This document shows positions 49,851-59,454 of a stretch of 64,000 nucleotides of DNA, piece by piece (positions within the stretch are counted from its first letter, which is position 1; each line of letters begins with the position of its first letter). The notes under the pieces are model-generated. The model saw only the letters and a program-made list of their open reading frames with translations. It ran no database searches and was not told the DNA's origin. Made by a program: the position numbers and the translations under genes. The stretch comes from an uncultured delta proteobacterium (GTDB lineage: Bacteria; Myxococcota_A; Polyangia; Polyangiales; B10-G4): positions 32,001 to 96,000 of the forward strand of contig CAVSGI010000027.1 in the NCBI GenBank assembly GCA_963727445.1, in the 5' to 3' direction.

Positions 49851-51310
49851 GCAACCGAAGCCGCACCCTGCTCGCCTTCGGCGCCTCGGGCTTCGCCCAG
49901 AACGTCATGGGCACGCTCCTCGGCGTCCACCTCTTCGTCTTCTACACCGACGTCGCCGGCCTCGCGCCACTCTGGGTCTCGGGCGGGCTCATCGTCGCCA
50001 CCGTGTGGGACGCCGTCTCCGACCTTTGGATGGGGCGCATCTCCGATGCCACGCGCTCGCGTTTCGGTCGGCGGCGCCCCTACATCCTCGCTGGCGCCCT
50101 CCCCGTCGGCCTCGCCTTCGTCATGCTCCTCTGCCCGCCCGAAGGGCTCGAAGGCGCGGCCCTCGGCCTCTACTTCACCGTCGCCCTGCTCCTGCTCTTC
50201 ACCGCCAAGACGGTGACCCAGGTGCCCGCGCTGAGCCTCCTGCCCGAGCTCGCCGGCGGCTACGAGGAGCGCACGCGCTTCGCCGCCGCGCGGGAGCTCT
50301 TCGGCAACGTGGGCGACCTGGTCGGGCTGCTGTTGCCCATCGTCATCCTGCTGCTCCTCGCAGGTCCGGACGGCGCGGACGATCCAGTCGCTGCCCGTGA
50401 AGCCTTCCGCCGCGCGGCCGTGGTGGGAGGCGCGCTCGCCGCCACCGCGCTCCTCATCACCTTCGCCGGCACCCGCGAGCGCCCGCTTTCGCGCAGCGCC
50501 GAGCCCGCGCCCCTCGGCGACGTGCTCCGCGCCCTCAGACACGACCGCGCCCTCGGCGCCCTGCTCGGCGCGGCGTGCCTGGGCGCGATCGCCTTCGCCT
50601 TCGTGCAGTCCCTCGTCCTGTACGTGCTCGAGCACGTGATGGGCGAAACCAATCCCGTCGTCCACCTCGCGGCCTTCGTGACCAACGCCCTCGCGGCCAT
50701 CGCGTCCTACCCGCTCTGGACGCGCATCGCCAATCGCTTCGGAAAGCCCACCGCCTTCCGCGCGGGCCTCTCGCTCTCGAGCGTGACCTTCGCCTCGGTC
50801 TTCTTCATCGGCCCCGGGACCTACGGCCTGCTCTTCGCCGTGATGGCCTTCTCCGGCGCGGCCAACGTCGGGTTCTGGGTGACCCTGCACGCGCTCAACG
50901 CGGACGTGACGGACCTGGACGAGCTCGCGAGCGGCGAGCGACGCGAAGGGCTCTTCGCCGGCTTCGCGGCGCTGGTGCGGAAGATGGCCTTCGCCCTGGC
51001 CGCCGCGGGCGTGGGCGTGGGGCTCACCCTCGTCGGCTATGAAGCGGGGTCCGCCCCCTCCGCCGAGACCGTCTTCGGGCTCGAGCTCCTCTTCGCGGCG
51101 CCGCCGACGGCACTCGTCCTCTGCGCGCTCGCCGTCTTCTCGCGCTTCAATCTCACGCGCGAGCGACAGGCCGAGGTGCGCGCGCTCCTCGATCAGCGCG
51201 CGGCGGCTCTGCGCACCATGAGCGTGACCGCGCCGCTCCGCGAGAGCATCCCGGGGCCCAGCACCGGATCGTTCCTGCGCGACTCGAGGCCGTCGGCGGT
51301 CACCTCGTAG
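49847..51310 (+). CDS. MFS transporter, GPH (MelB-like) family
   Basis: FYTDVAGL, WDAVSD..MGRISDATRSRFGRRRPYIL, SLLPELA..YEERT, DELASGERREGLF. Confidence 0.9.
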   Translation: MSNRSRTLLAFGASGFAQNVMGTLLGVHLFVFYTDVAGLAPLWVSGGLIVATVWDAVSDLWMGRISDATRSRFGRRRPYILAGALPVGLAFVMLLCPPEGLEGAALGLYFTVALLLLFTAKTVTQVPALSLLPELAGGYEERTRFAAARELFGNVGDLVGLLLPIVILLLLAGPDGADDPVAAREAFRRAAVVGGALAATALLITFAGTRERPLSRSAEPAPLGDVLRALRHDRALGALLGAACLGAIAFAFVQSLVLYVLEHVMGETNPVVHLAAFVTNALAAIASYPLWTRIANRFGKPTAFRAGLSLSSVTFASVFFIGPGTYGLLFAVMAFSGAANVGFWVTLHALNADVTDLDELASGERREGLFAGFAALVRKMAFALAAAGVGVGLTLVGYEAGSAPSAETVFGLELLFAAPPTALVLCALAVFSRFNLTRERQAEVRALLDQRAAALRTMSVTAPLRESIPGPSTGSFLRDSRPSAVTS

Positions 51311-51804
51311 CCCTCGGCGGCCTGGGCTTCGAGGGTGAGCTGCCCGCGCGCGCCGCGGGTGCGCACCTCGACCGAGAGCGGCCCGCGTCCCCATGCGTCG
51401 TCCGGAAGCTCCGCCGCGTAGAGCGCCACCGCCCGGATCCCCGACCGGCTTCCCTCCCGGGGTGGCGCCGGGAACGCGATGCTCTCGATCGTGAGCGGCA
51501 CCTCTTCGTCTCTCACCACGAGCGACAGACCGTGACGCACGCGCGGCCCGATGGTCTGCACCCGCGCCAGTCGCTCGAGGGCCGTCTCCACCACGCCGTC
51601 GTCGCTCGCATCGTAGCGCGCCCGAAGCCCGTCGGCGATGCGCCCCGGTCGCACCTCGTAGGCCACCATCATCAGGACCCGGTCGGCCTCCACCGAGACC
51701 ACCAGCCGCCGGGTCTCCTCGAAGTCGTGCGCGCTCCCTCCCGCCGGAAGCGCGAGCGCGGCGGCGAGCAGTGCGAAGGTGGCGATGCGAAGCCGGCGGT
51801 TCAT
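51193..51804 (-). CDS. Exported hypothetical protein with N-terminal His after signal peptide
   Basis: ..GGSA|HDFEE, DASDDGVVE acidic loop; ATGA-coupled to the upstream hydrolase. Confidence 0.65.
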   Translation of the reverse strand: MNRRLRIATFALLAAALALPAGGSAHDFEETRRLVVSVEADRVLMMVAYEVRPGRIADGLRARYDASDDGVVETALERLARVQTIGPRVRHGLSLVVRDEEVPLTIESIAFPAPPREGSRSGIRAVALYAAELPDDAWGRGPLSVEVRTRGARGQLTLEAQAAEGYEVTADGLESRRNDPVLGPGMLSRSGAVTLMVRRAAAR

Positions 51805-54800
51805 GGCGTGTGGGTGTGGGAGAGGCGGCGCATGATGGCGCCGAGGTCGTGGCGGACCGCGGGATCGCGTCCGAAGAGCCAGGGGGAGAGGGGCGGCGCC
51901 GGGGCCGAGGTGGTGGTGAAGATCGTCTGCGGCGGGGTGGGACCGCGCGGGAAGCCCGAGTCGTTCGCCGGGTCGGCCTGCACCTCCGGCGGCACGAGCC
52001 CCGGCGCCTCGAAGGGGTGATCGCCGTTGGTCACCCAGACCGGATTGGTGATGGCGTAGGCGGTATGCGGCAGGTTCTCGCTGGGCGTCGCGCTCCCGAG
52101 ACCGGGACCGAGCACGTCGACGCCGCCCGCGAGGGTGTTGACCGCCTCGGTGATCTGGAAGGGCGAGACCTCGAAGGGCCGGACCACCGGGAACATGCTG
52201 CGGTAGCCGATCACCTCCGCGACGAACCAGCTGTCGATCGGTTGCCCGCTCTCGTTTCGCGCGAGGGCCACGTCGAAGGCGAGCTCGATGGGATCGGCGG
52301 CGTAGTCGCGCGACTCGTCGAGCATCGCCACCTCGAGGATCTCGCCATTGCGCACGATGTTCAGTCGGCCGACCCCGACCCACGGCGCCGCGGAGATGCG
52401 CACCGTGAGGCGCAGGGAGTCGGGCGTGTCCGTCGAGAGGGTCTGTCCCATGGCGCCGCGCTCGCGGTCCTCGATCCACATCTCGACGAAGGGCCCGTTG
52501 GTGGCGATGGCGCGACCGCTCCTCAGGCCCCGGACGACGTCCAACTCGTCGAGCTCGCGCACGTCATCGGCGCCGACGTACACCATGGTGCGGAAGAACC
52601 CGGCCTCGCTCTGCACGTCGTGCGAGTCGCTGGTCCCGACGGCCACGAAGTGAAAGCCGCGATTCAAGAGGTTGTACCAATCGTCGACGACGCCCGGAAA
52701 CGCGGCCTGGCCGCTGTCGTCGGTGACGATGCCGCCCGTCGGCGGGAGGTCCGGCGGCGCATCGGGGGGAAGCGTCTCGGGCGTTCGGTAGGCGTGGATG
52801 TCGCGGAAGAGCTTGCCATTGACGACCTCGAGGAGCTCGAAGTCGAGGGAGAAGGTCGTCCGCCCGCCCGCGTCGACGAAAGCGGGCCCGGTCGGGGAGA
52901 GGAAGAAGTCGCTCAGGCCGGTGGGGAGCTGATCCATCGTGAAGGTGTCGCGCTTGAACTGGCCGAAATAGCCCAGCACCGGAGCCCGCGGATGGTTGAC
53001 CTGCACCAACGTCTCCTCGGGCCCGTACCGGCCCATGGCCCTCAGGCGCGCGAAGATCTCGTCGGGCGGCTTGTCGCTCCACTCGATCGCCCCACGCGTC
53101 ACGTTGGCGAGCTCGTAGCGGAGCGGATAGCCGTTGAAGTGGCCCGCCTCGATGGTGGTGACCTCGAGGCCGACGCTGCTCCCGAGGAAATCCGAGAGCC
53201 CCGCCTGGGCGATCGCCGGGCCGAAGTCGGTGACGTAGTTGTGGTCGCTCGACACCGCCCATTCGATCCCCTCGGCGGAAATCGAGCGCACCCGATGATT
53301 CAGATCGAGCGAGGAGTCGTGACTGTTCGCGCTGTGCAGGTGCATGTCCGCGGAGATGAAGCCGGGGCTGTCGACCACGCGGTGCAGGGTGTGCGCCAGG
53401 GTGACGGTGCGGCCGGGCAGGAGCTCGACCAGGTTCGAGTCGGTGTCGTACTCCGGGCCGCGGCTCGAGTGCACCTCGTAGACGCCGGGTCGCACCAGGA
53501 GCTCGGCGATGCCGTCGCTGTGCGTGAGGCCGTCGTTTTCGACGTAGCGGCGCGTGAGCGGATCGGTCGGGTCGTCGGGGACCAGGTCCTGCACCCGCGG
53601 GTGCTGGCCGACCGACAGGTCGTAGAGGAAGTCGCGGGGCCGCATGCCGACCCGCGACGCGTCGTAGGTCCCGATCACCGTCGCGCGCGCGGGCAGCGCC
53701 CTGCCCCGCTCGTCGTGGACGTGAACGACGAGCCGCGCAGGTGAGAGCGCCTCGAGATCGAGCGGCGTGGTGCGCCCGCCGACGATGGTGAAGTCGACGA
53801 AGTCGCTGAGCGGCCGGCCGGGACCGACGATGCGCGCGCTGTAGTCGCCGGGCTCGAGGGTGCCGCCGAAGGAGCCACCGGTGAAGACGTCGTACTGGCT
53901 GAAGATGGTGCGTCGTCCGTCGCCCAGACGCCGGTAGACGAGGACCGAGGCGTCGGTCGCGGCGGCGCCGCTCAGCGCGTCGAAGGCGCGCCCGCCGAGC
54001 CGTCCGGTGGCCACGCCCTTGATCCTGTTGACCTCGTCGAGCACCGAGCCGACATCCCCGCGGCCGACCACGAAATAGCGCGTCGCTTCGAAGGACTCGG
54101 AGGGCGGGAGCGTCGGCGGCGCCACCTCGTAGAAGATGGTGACGAAGCCGCCCGCCGCGAAGGGCACGAAGACCGAGGTCTGATCCACCGGCCCATCGTC
54201 CGCGTACTGATCGCGGTTCTGCCACACGTAGTTGCGCTCGCTCGGCGCAGCGACCAGGCCGTAGCTCACGCCGTCGCCCCGGGTGGCGACCCACGGCGCG
54301 GCCACGCCGGGCAGGGCCGGCAGCTCGCGGGGCGTCCGCGCGGCGTCCTCGATCCCGAAGCGGAGATCGAAGCCGATGCCGGGGACGAAGGCCTGACTCG
54401 ACGCGCTGAAGGCGGCGATGTCCCCCACGGGTATCGGCAGGTCGCTTCCGTCGAAACCGACGAGCTCGGCGAGTCGCGACGCGTCCGCGGTGGGAAAGCT
54501 GAGCGTGCCCGAGGAGATGTTCGTCACCTCGAGGGTGAGCTCGAGGTGACGCGCGCCGGGACGGAGCGTGTAGATCAATCTCGTAGCGGAGCCGCTGCTC
54601 CGACATGGGCTCGCGGTAGTCGGCGTGGCTGCCGAGGAGCAGCCGGTTCAAGACGCCCACCAGCTCGACGAAGTCCCCAGCGGTCCCCGTCGCCGCCACC
54701 ACCGCCGGCCCGCCGTCCGAGCCGTCGGCGCGCACCTCCACCGTCTGCACGTCGACCGCCTGCAGGAGGAAGGTGGGAAAGATCTCGCCGAGGGCGTCGA

Positions 54801-55125
54801 GGCCCACGCCGCCACGGGAGTCGCCCATCTCGCCGCCCCGGGGGCGCACCAGGTCGACGTCGATCAGCCCGCCCCCGTAGATGCCGAGGGTGCGCGAGTG
54901 GGTGGGGCCCTGGACGATGACGCGCACCTGATCGTTGTCGAGGCGGAAGTCACCGACCTCGCCGAGCGCCCGCGGACCACCGATGAGATCGGTGCGGTTC
55001 TCGACGAGGCGCGCCCGCGCCTGCACGGGCGCCTCCACCGCGCAGCTCGTGGACGCGAGCGCCGCGAGGAGGGAGACGGCGAGGACGAAGGGGGGAGGCG
55101 TCGTACTGCGAAGCCGGGAGCGCAT
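51801..55125 (-). CDS. CehA/McbA-type PHP-domain metallohydrolase lipoprotein, frameshift near 54578
   Basis: STSC lipobox; ADMHLHSANSHDS, SSDHN, GLEVTT..GHFN, VNHPR, GTSDSH; SHTHTP tail. Confidence 0.82.
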
Positions 55126-56570
55126 CAGAACTTCAGCTGGGTCACGATCTGCAGGCGATCGTTGCTCACCTGCCGAGCGGTGTTCTCGAGGGTGAAAGTG
55201 TAGTTCAGCCAGGCGGTGATGCCGAGCGCCTTCGAGGGGTGCGCAAGCCGAACGCCCACGGTGTGATAGAGCAGCTCGAAGGTGGACAGATCCACGCCAC
55301 CGTCGTTGCCCCCGTTCTGCCAGGGATCGTAGTAGGCGAAGCGGTAGTTCACGACGAAGGGGAACGGGATGAAGGGCAGCTGGTAGCCGCCCTGGATGTG
55401 GTACTCCATCCGCACGCGATCGGGGCTGGCGATGGTGTCGTAGCGGGTCCGGAGGTACGTGAAGTGACCCATGAGCTCGATGCCGTAGAGCTCCACCGTC
55501 AGGTCCGCGGTGACCCCGAAGTCCTCCTCGTCGAAGCAATCGGGGAGCGGGCCCTCGGTGCGCGAGTTGTAGACCACGCCGCCGCCGAGGCGGACCCAGT
55601 CTCTGAAGTGCAGCTCGGCGCGCCCTGCGACCGCGAGGCGGGCGTTGTCGTTCAGGAGCTGGTTGATGCCGTTGCCGTTGAAGACTGTCGCGGAGTAGGC
55701 GACGCCCCAATCGCCGAAGTAGAGCGGCTCCGGCGTGCCGAGGCGCAGGCCGAGCTCGCGGTCGAAGACGATGCCGTTGAGCTCGAAGCCGCGCCCCACG
55801 GGCACGCCGGCGAGCCCCACCGCGCGACTGGCGAAGGGCAGCGCACCGTCGCGACCGAGCCAGCCAGCCATGAAGGGCACCTTGAACTGCCCCAGCCGCG
55901 CGCTGAGCCAGGAGGTCATGTCCCACTGCATGAAGGCATCCACCAGGCGCACGCCGAGATCGGCCTGCGGGGAGTTCACCACCCCGCGCAGGTCCGCCGC
56001 GCCCTCCGCTGACAGCCGGAAGGTGAGGTTCCACCGCGGCGCCGCGCCCTTCACACCTGCACGCGCGTTGCCGAGCACGAACCCGTCGTTCTCGCCGATG
56101 AAGTCGTACCGCGCGTCGTGCTGTACGTATTCGTAGCCCACGCGGATGAAGCCATAGGGCGCGATGGTCCAGCCCTCCTCGTCCTCCTCCGCCCCCTCGA
56201 CCTCGACCTCCGAATCAGCGAGGTCCTGGTCTTCCGCGATCCCCGCTCCCGAGCCCGTGCCCGCTCCCGTTCCCGTTCCCTCTCCCGCTTCCGTTCCCTC
56301 TCCCGTTCCCGTTCCCGTTCCCTCTCCCTCTCCCGTTCCCTCTCCCTCTCCCGTTCCCTCTCCCGCTTCCGTTCCCTCTCCCGTTCCCGTTCCCTCTCCC
56401 GCTTCCGTTCCCGAATCCGACTCGCTCTCCGTATCCGTCTCCGAATCCTCCCCCGGCGCCACGCTCCGCCCGCGCTCCCACCACGGGCGGGGATCGTCCT
56501 GGGCTGCCGCCGTGACGGAGAGGGAGGCCAATAGGAGCGAGGCGACGGCGACGGCTTTCGGACGGTTCAT
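55125..56570 (-). CDS. Outer-membrane porin (OprO/OprP-like) with acidic low-complexity N-terminal linker
   Basis: Signal peptide, [37 protein letters not shown]-terminal QLKF. Confidence 0.75.
   Translation of the reverse strand: MNRPKAVAVASLLLASLSVTAAAQDDPRPWWERGRSVAPGEDSETDTESESDSGTEAGEGTGTGEGTEAGEGTGEGEGTGEGEGTGTGTGEGTEAGEGTGTGAGTGSGAGIAEDQDLADSEVEVEGAEEDEEGWTIAPYGFIRVGYEYVQHDARYDFIGENDGFVLGNARAGVKGAAPRWNLTFRLSAEGAADLRGVVNSPQADLGVRLVDAFMQWDMTSWLSARLGQFKVPFMAGWLGRDGALPFASRAVGLAGVPVGRGFELNGIVFDRELGLRLGTPEPLYFGDWGVAYSATVFNGNGINQLLNDNARLAVAGRAELHFRDWVRLGGGVVYNSRTEGPLPDCFDEEDFGVTADLTVELYGIELMGHFTYLRTRYDTIASPDRVRMEYHIQGGYQLPFIPFPFVVNYRFAYYDPWQNGGNDGGVDLSTFELLYHTVGVRLAHPSKALGITAWLNYTFTLENTARQVSNDRLQIVTQLKF
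56241..56447 (-). repeat. Gly/Glu/Thr coding tandem repeats
   Basis: 6-bp units (CCCGTT/CCCTCT/CCCGCT on + strand) encoding [13 protein letters not shown].. Confidence 0.85.
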
Positions 56571-56708
56571 CGGTGCGGGCCGAGGGCCGCGGGAGTATCC
56601 CGCAATGTCCTTGGAAGTGGCCAGCGTAGCGGCCACCAACGGCTCCCGCCGTATGCCACTTCGGGTGAAAAAGGGAAGCAATTTCGTTTGCCACGCCCGT
56701 GACATTCG

Positions 56709-56724
56709 TGGCGCGGTGATTGCT
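56709..56724 (+). promoter_or_regulatory. Sigma54 -24/-12 promoter for the BPI-like lipoprotein
   Basis: TGGCGCGGTGATTGCT, GG-N10-GC; GGAG RBS then ATG 56761. Confidence 0.7.
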
Positions 56725-56760
56725 GTGAAGCTGGCGGCCCGGTCCCTACTCGGAGTCCCG

Positions 56761-58689
56761 ATGTATCCCGCTTTCGCTTCGCGTCTACGCCTCACCTTCG
56801 CCCTCGTTTCGCTGGGGCTCCTCGCCGCGTGCACCCCGGGTGGCGCGGATAGCCTCGGCGATTTCGCGATCGTCGCTCCGCTCGAAGGGGCGCGGGTGGG
56901 GACCAGCGCCGTCCGCGTCCAGGGCCACGTCGGCAACGACGCGATCCACTCCGTGCTCGTGAACGGAGAGACGGTCGCCGTGAGCGACGGGGAGTTCCAC
57001 ACCACGCTTCTGCTCGACGACGGGCCCGCCCGGATCGAGGCGAGCGCCGGTGAGCTGGTCGACGTGGTCAACGTCTACGTCGACAGCCGCGCCCCGACGG
57101 TGGTGATCGACGCACCCATCGCCGGCAGCTTCATCGAGGGCGATCGCTTCGAGCTTCGCGGTCACTTGGAGGATGCGACCAACGCGACCGTCACCGTCGA
57201 CGGCGAGAGCGTCGAGCTCGACGCCAGCGGCGCGTTCACCTGGGGGCGCGACGTACGCCCCGGCGCCCACCGCGTGCGCGTCCGCGCCGAAGACGACCTC
57301 GGTCACGTGGGGAGCGCCTTCACCAGCGCCATCATCGGCCACTTCGCCGACCCCGAAGCGCCGCTGACCCGCGCGATCTCCCTCGCCCTCGGTCCCGACG
57401 CTCTGCGCGCCATCACCACCGTGGCTGCGCCGCACATGTCCCCCGAGGCCGTCGCCCCCTTCATCATGGCGGCGAACCCCGTGGCCGAAGGCTTCTGGGG
57501 CGAAGTGAACGCCTCGGGGGAGAGTCACAATCCCGTCTACCTGCGGATCACGCCCGGCAACGGGGCCCTCGACGTCGGGATCGACGTGCCCAACATCGCG
57601 GTCCCCTTCGTCGCCAGCCTGGCCGGCTTCGACATCTCGGGGACCGCCTACGTCGGGATGGCGTACATCACGGCGACCGCCTGGGTCGATGCCGCCGACG
57701 GCCGGCCCGTGGTCGACATCGGCCGCTCGGAGGTGGCCCTGCAGGATGTCCTCATCGACGTCGACGGCCTGTGGGATTGGGTCGACCAGCACGTGGTGAC
57801 CGCCGCCCTTCGCGGGACGATCGAGAGCAGCCTACAGGACGCTGTCGCGAACGAGATCCCGACGGCGATCGAAAGCGCTCTGGCGACGCTGCCCATGTCC
57901 CAGGAGATCGAGCTCCAGGGTTATCGCGCGGAGGTGCTCGGCGCGGTGGCGGAGCTCCGCTCCACCGAGGAGGGGCTCAAGGCGGTGCTCGACGCCGGGG
58001 TGCGCCCCGTCGGTGGCCCTGGCGCGGCGATGCGCGACGCGCCGGGCGCGTTTTTCCTCGGCTCCGGCCTCGAGCCCGACTCGGCGCTTCCCGGCGTCGA
58101 AGGCGCCGTCACCCTCGACCTCATCAATGCGGCCCTTCACGCGGCCTGGGGCGTCGGCGCGCTCGCCCACCGGCTGGACGAGGTGCCCGGGCCCGGGGGA
58201 ACGCCGCTGAACGTCGGCCTGGTGAACGTGGTGCTGCCTGTCAGTGGCGCCCCCCAAGACGCGCTGGTGTCAGTGGAGGTGGAGGCCGCCCTGCCCCCGG
58301 TGGTGCAGCCGACCGACACGGGCCTCGAGATGAACGCCGCTGACCTCCACGTGCGTCTCTTCGCGCCGGTCGATGGGGAAGACACGCTCCTGGCGAACGT
58401 GTCCTGCGGCGTGCGCGCCACGGTGACGCCGATCCTCGCGGCCGACGGCCTGGGCCTGACCTTCGACGAGGTCGAGGTGACCATCGACGGCATCGGCGAG
58501 CTGGATGGCCTGCCGCCGCCCGAGGATCTCGACCACCTCCTGGGCGAGCTGTTGGCCCCCCTGCTCGCCTCTCACGGTGAGCTTCGCGGCCTGTCGATCC
58601 CCACCGTCGCGGGATTCGACATCGGCGCCGACGCCCTCTTCGTCCACGAAGGCTACGTGGTGTTCCAGGGCGAGCTCGACGCGCACTGA
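56761..58689 (+). CDS. Lipoprotein with two Ig-like domains and a putative BPI/LBP-like (TULIP) region
   Basis: LAAC lipobox; VLVNG..V...GEF and VTVDG..V..DASGAF Ig repeats; then duplicated helix+long-sheet pattern (AISLALGPDAL.. / VEGAVTLDLINAALHAAWGVG). Confidence 0.6.
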   Translation: MYPAFASRLRLTFALVSLGLLAACTPGGADSLGDFAIVAPLEGARVGTSAVRVQGHVGNDAIHSVLVNGETVAVSDGEFHTTLLLDDGPARIEASAGELVDVVNVYVDSRAPTVVIDAPIAGSFIEGDRFELRGHLEDATNATVTVDGESVELDASGAFTWGRDVRPGAHRVRVRAEDDLGHVGSAFTSAIIGHFADPEAPLTRAISLALGPDALRAITTVAAPHMSPEAVAPFIMAANPVAEGFWGEVNASGESHNPVYLRITPGNGALDVGIDVPNIAVPFVASLAGFDISGTAYVGMAYITATAWVDAADGRPVVDIGRSEVALQDVLIDVDGLWDWVDQHVVTAALRGTIESSLQDAVANEIPTAIESALATLPMSQEIELQGYRAEVLGAVAELRSTEEGLKAVLDAGVRPVGGPGAAMRDAPGAFFLGSGLEPDSALPGVEGAVTLDLINAALHAAWGVGALAHRLDEVPGPGGTPLNVGLVNVVLPVSGAPQDALVSVEVEAALPPVVQPTDTGLEMNAADLHVRLFAPVDGEDTLLANVSCGVRATVTPILAADGLGLTFDEVEVTIDGIGELDGLPPPEDLDHLLGELLAPLLASHGELRGLSIPTVAGFDIGADALFVHEGYVVFQGELDAH

Positions 58690-58731
58690 GTCTGAGACGC
58701 CGACAGGGCGCGACGTGGTAAATCATGACGC

Positions 58732-59454
58732 GTGCCCGTCTACCTGCTGACCGAGGAGCTCCTCTTCCCGCCGCCCTCCGGGGCGACGGAGGAAGGCCTG
58801 GTCGCGGTCGGCGGTGATGCGTCGCCCGCGCGCCTCGAGCTCGCCTATCGCGAAGGGATCTTCCCGTGGCCGATGCGCGGGATGCCGCTCCTGTGGTTCT
58901 CCCCCGACCCGCGCTTCGTCCTCTACCCCGGCGAGGTGCACGTCTCTCGCTCGCTCCGCCGCACCATCCGTCGCGGTCGCTTCGAGGTGCGCATGGACAC
59001 GTGCTTCGCCGAGGTGATCGACGCCTGCGCTGCGCAGCCGCGGCCCGGGCAAGACGGCACCTGGATCACCCGCGAGCTCGTCGACGGATTTTCGGCGCTC
59101 CACGAGAGGGGCCTCGCGCACAGCATCGAGGCCTTCGTCGACGGTGCGCTGGCCGGGGGGCTCTACGGCATCTCCCTCGGCCGCGCCTTCTTCGGAGAGT
59201 CGATGTTCGCGCGGCGCCCCGACGCCTCCAAGGTCGCCTTCGTCACGCTCCTCGGCCACCTCTTCGGCGCCTGGGACTTCGACTTCGTCGACTGCCAGGT
59301 CTACACCGATCATCTGGCGAGCTTCGGCGCCCGCGACGTAGCGCGCTCCACGTTCCTCGACGCGCTCGAGGTCACCTCGAAGCTGCCCACCCGCCGCGGT
59401 CCGTGGTCGGCGGAGCTCACCCCCGCCGAGGCGCTCTCACGCCTCAGCGGTTGA
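58732..59454 (+). CDS. aat: Leucyl/phenylalanyl-tRNA-protein transferase
   Basis: GLVAVGGD, AYREGIFPW, WFSPDPR, GTWIT, AHSIE, GGLYG, FFGESMF, DASKVA, DCQ. Confidence 0.96.
   Translation: MPVYLLTEELLFPPPSGATEEGLVAVGGDASPARLELAYREGIFPWPMRGMPLLWFSPDPRFVLYPGEVHVSRSLRRTIRRGRFEVRMDTCFAEVIDACAAQPRPGQDGTWITRELVDGFSALHERGLAHSIEAFVDGALAGGLYGISLGRAFFGESMFARRPDASKVAFVTLLGHLFGAWDFDFVDCQVYTDHLASFGARDVARSTFLDALEVTSKLPTRRGPWSAELTPAEALSRLSG

Noticed and set aside
56241..56447. Pyrimidine-rich repeat as a non-coding or phase-variation tract
   Set aside because: Units are multiples of 3 and encode the porin's linker on the minus strand
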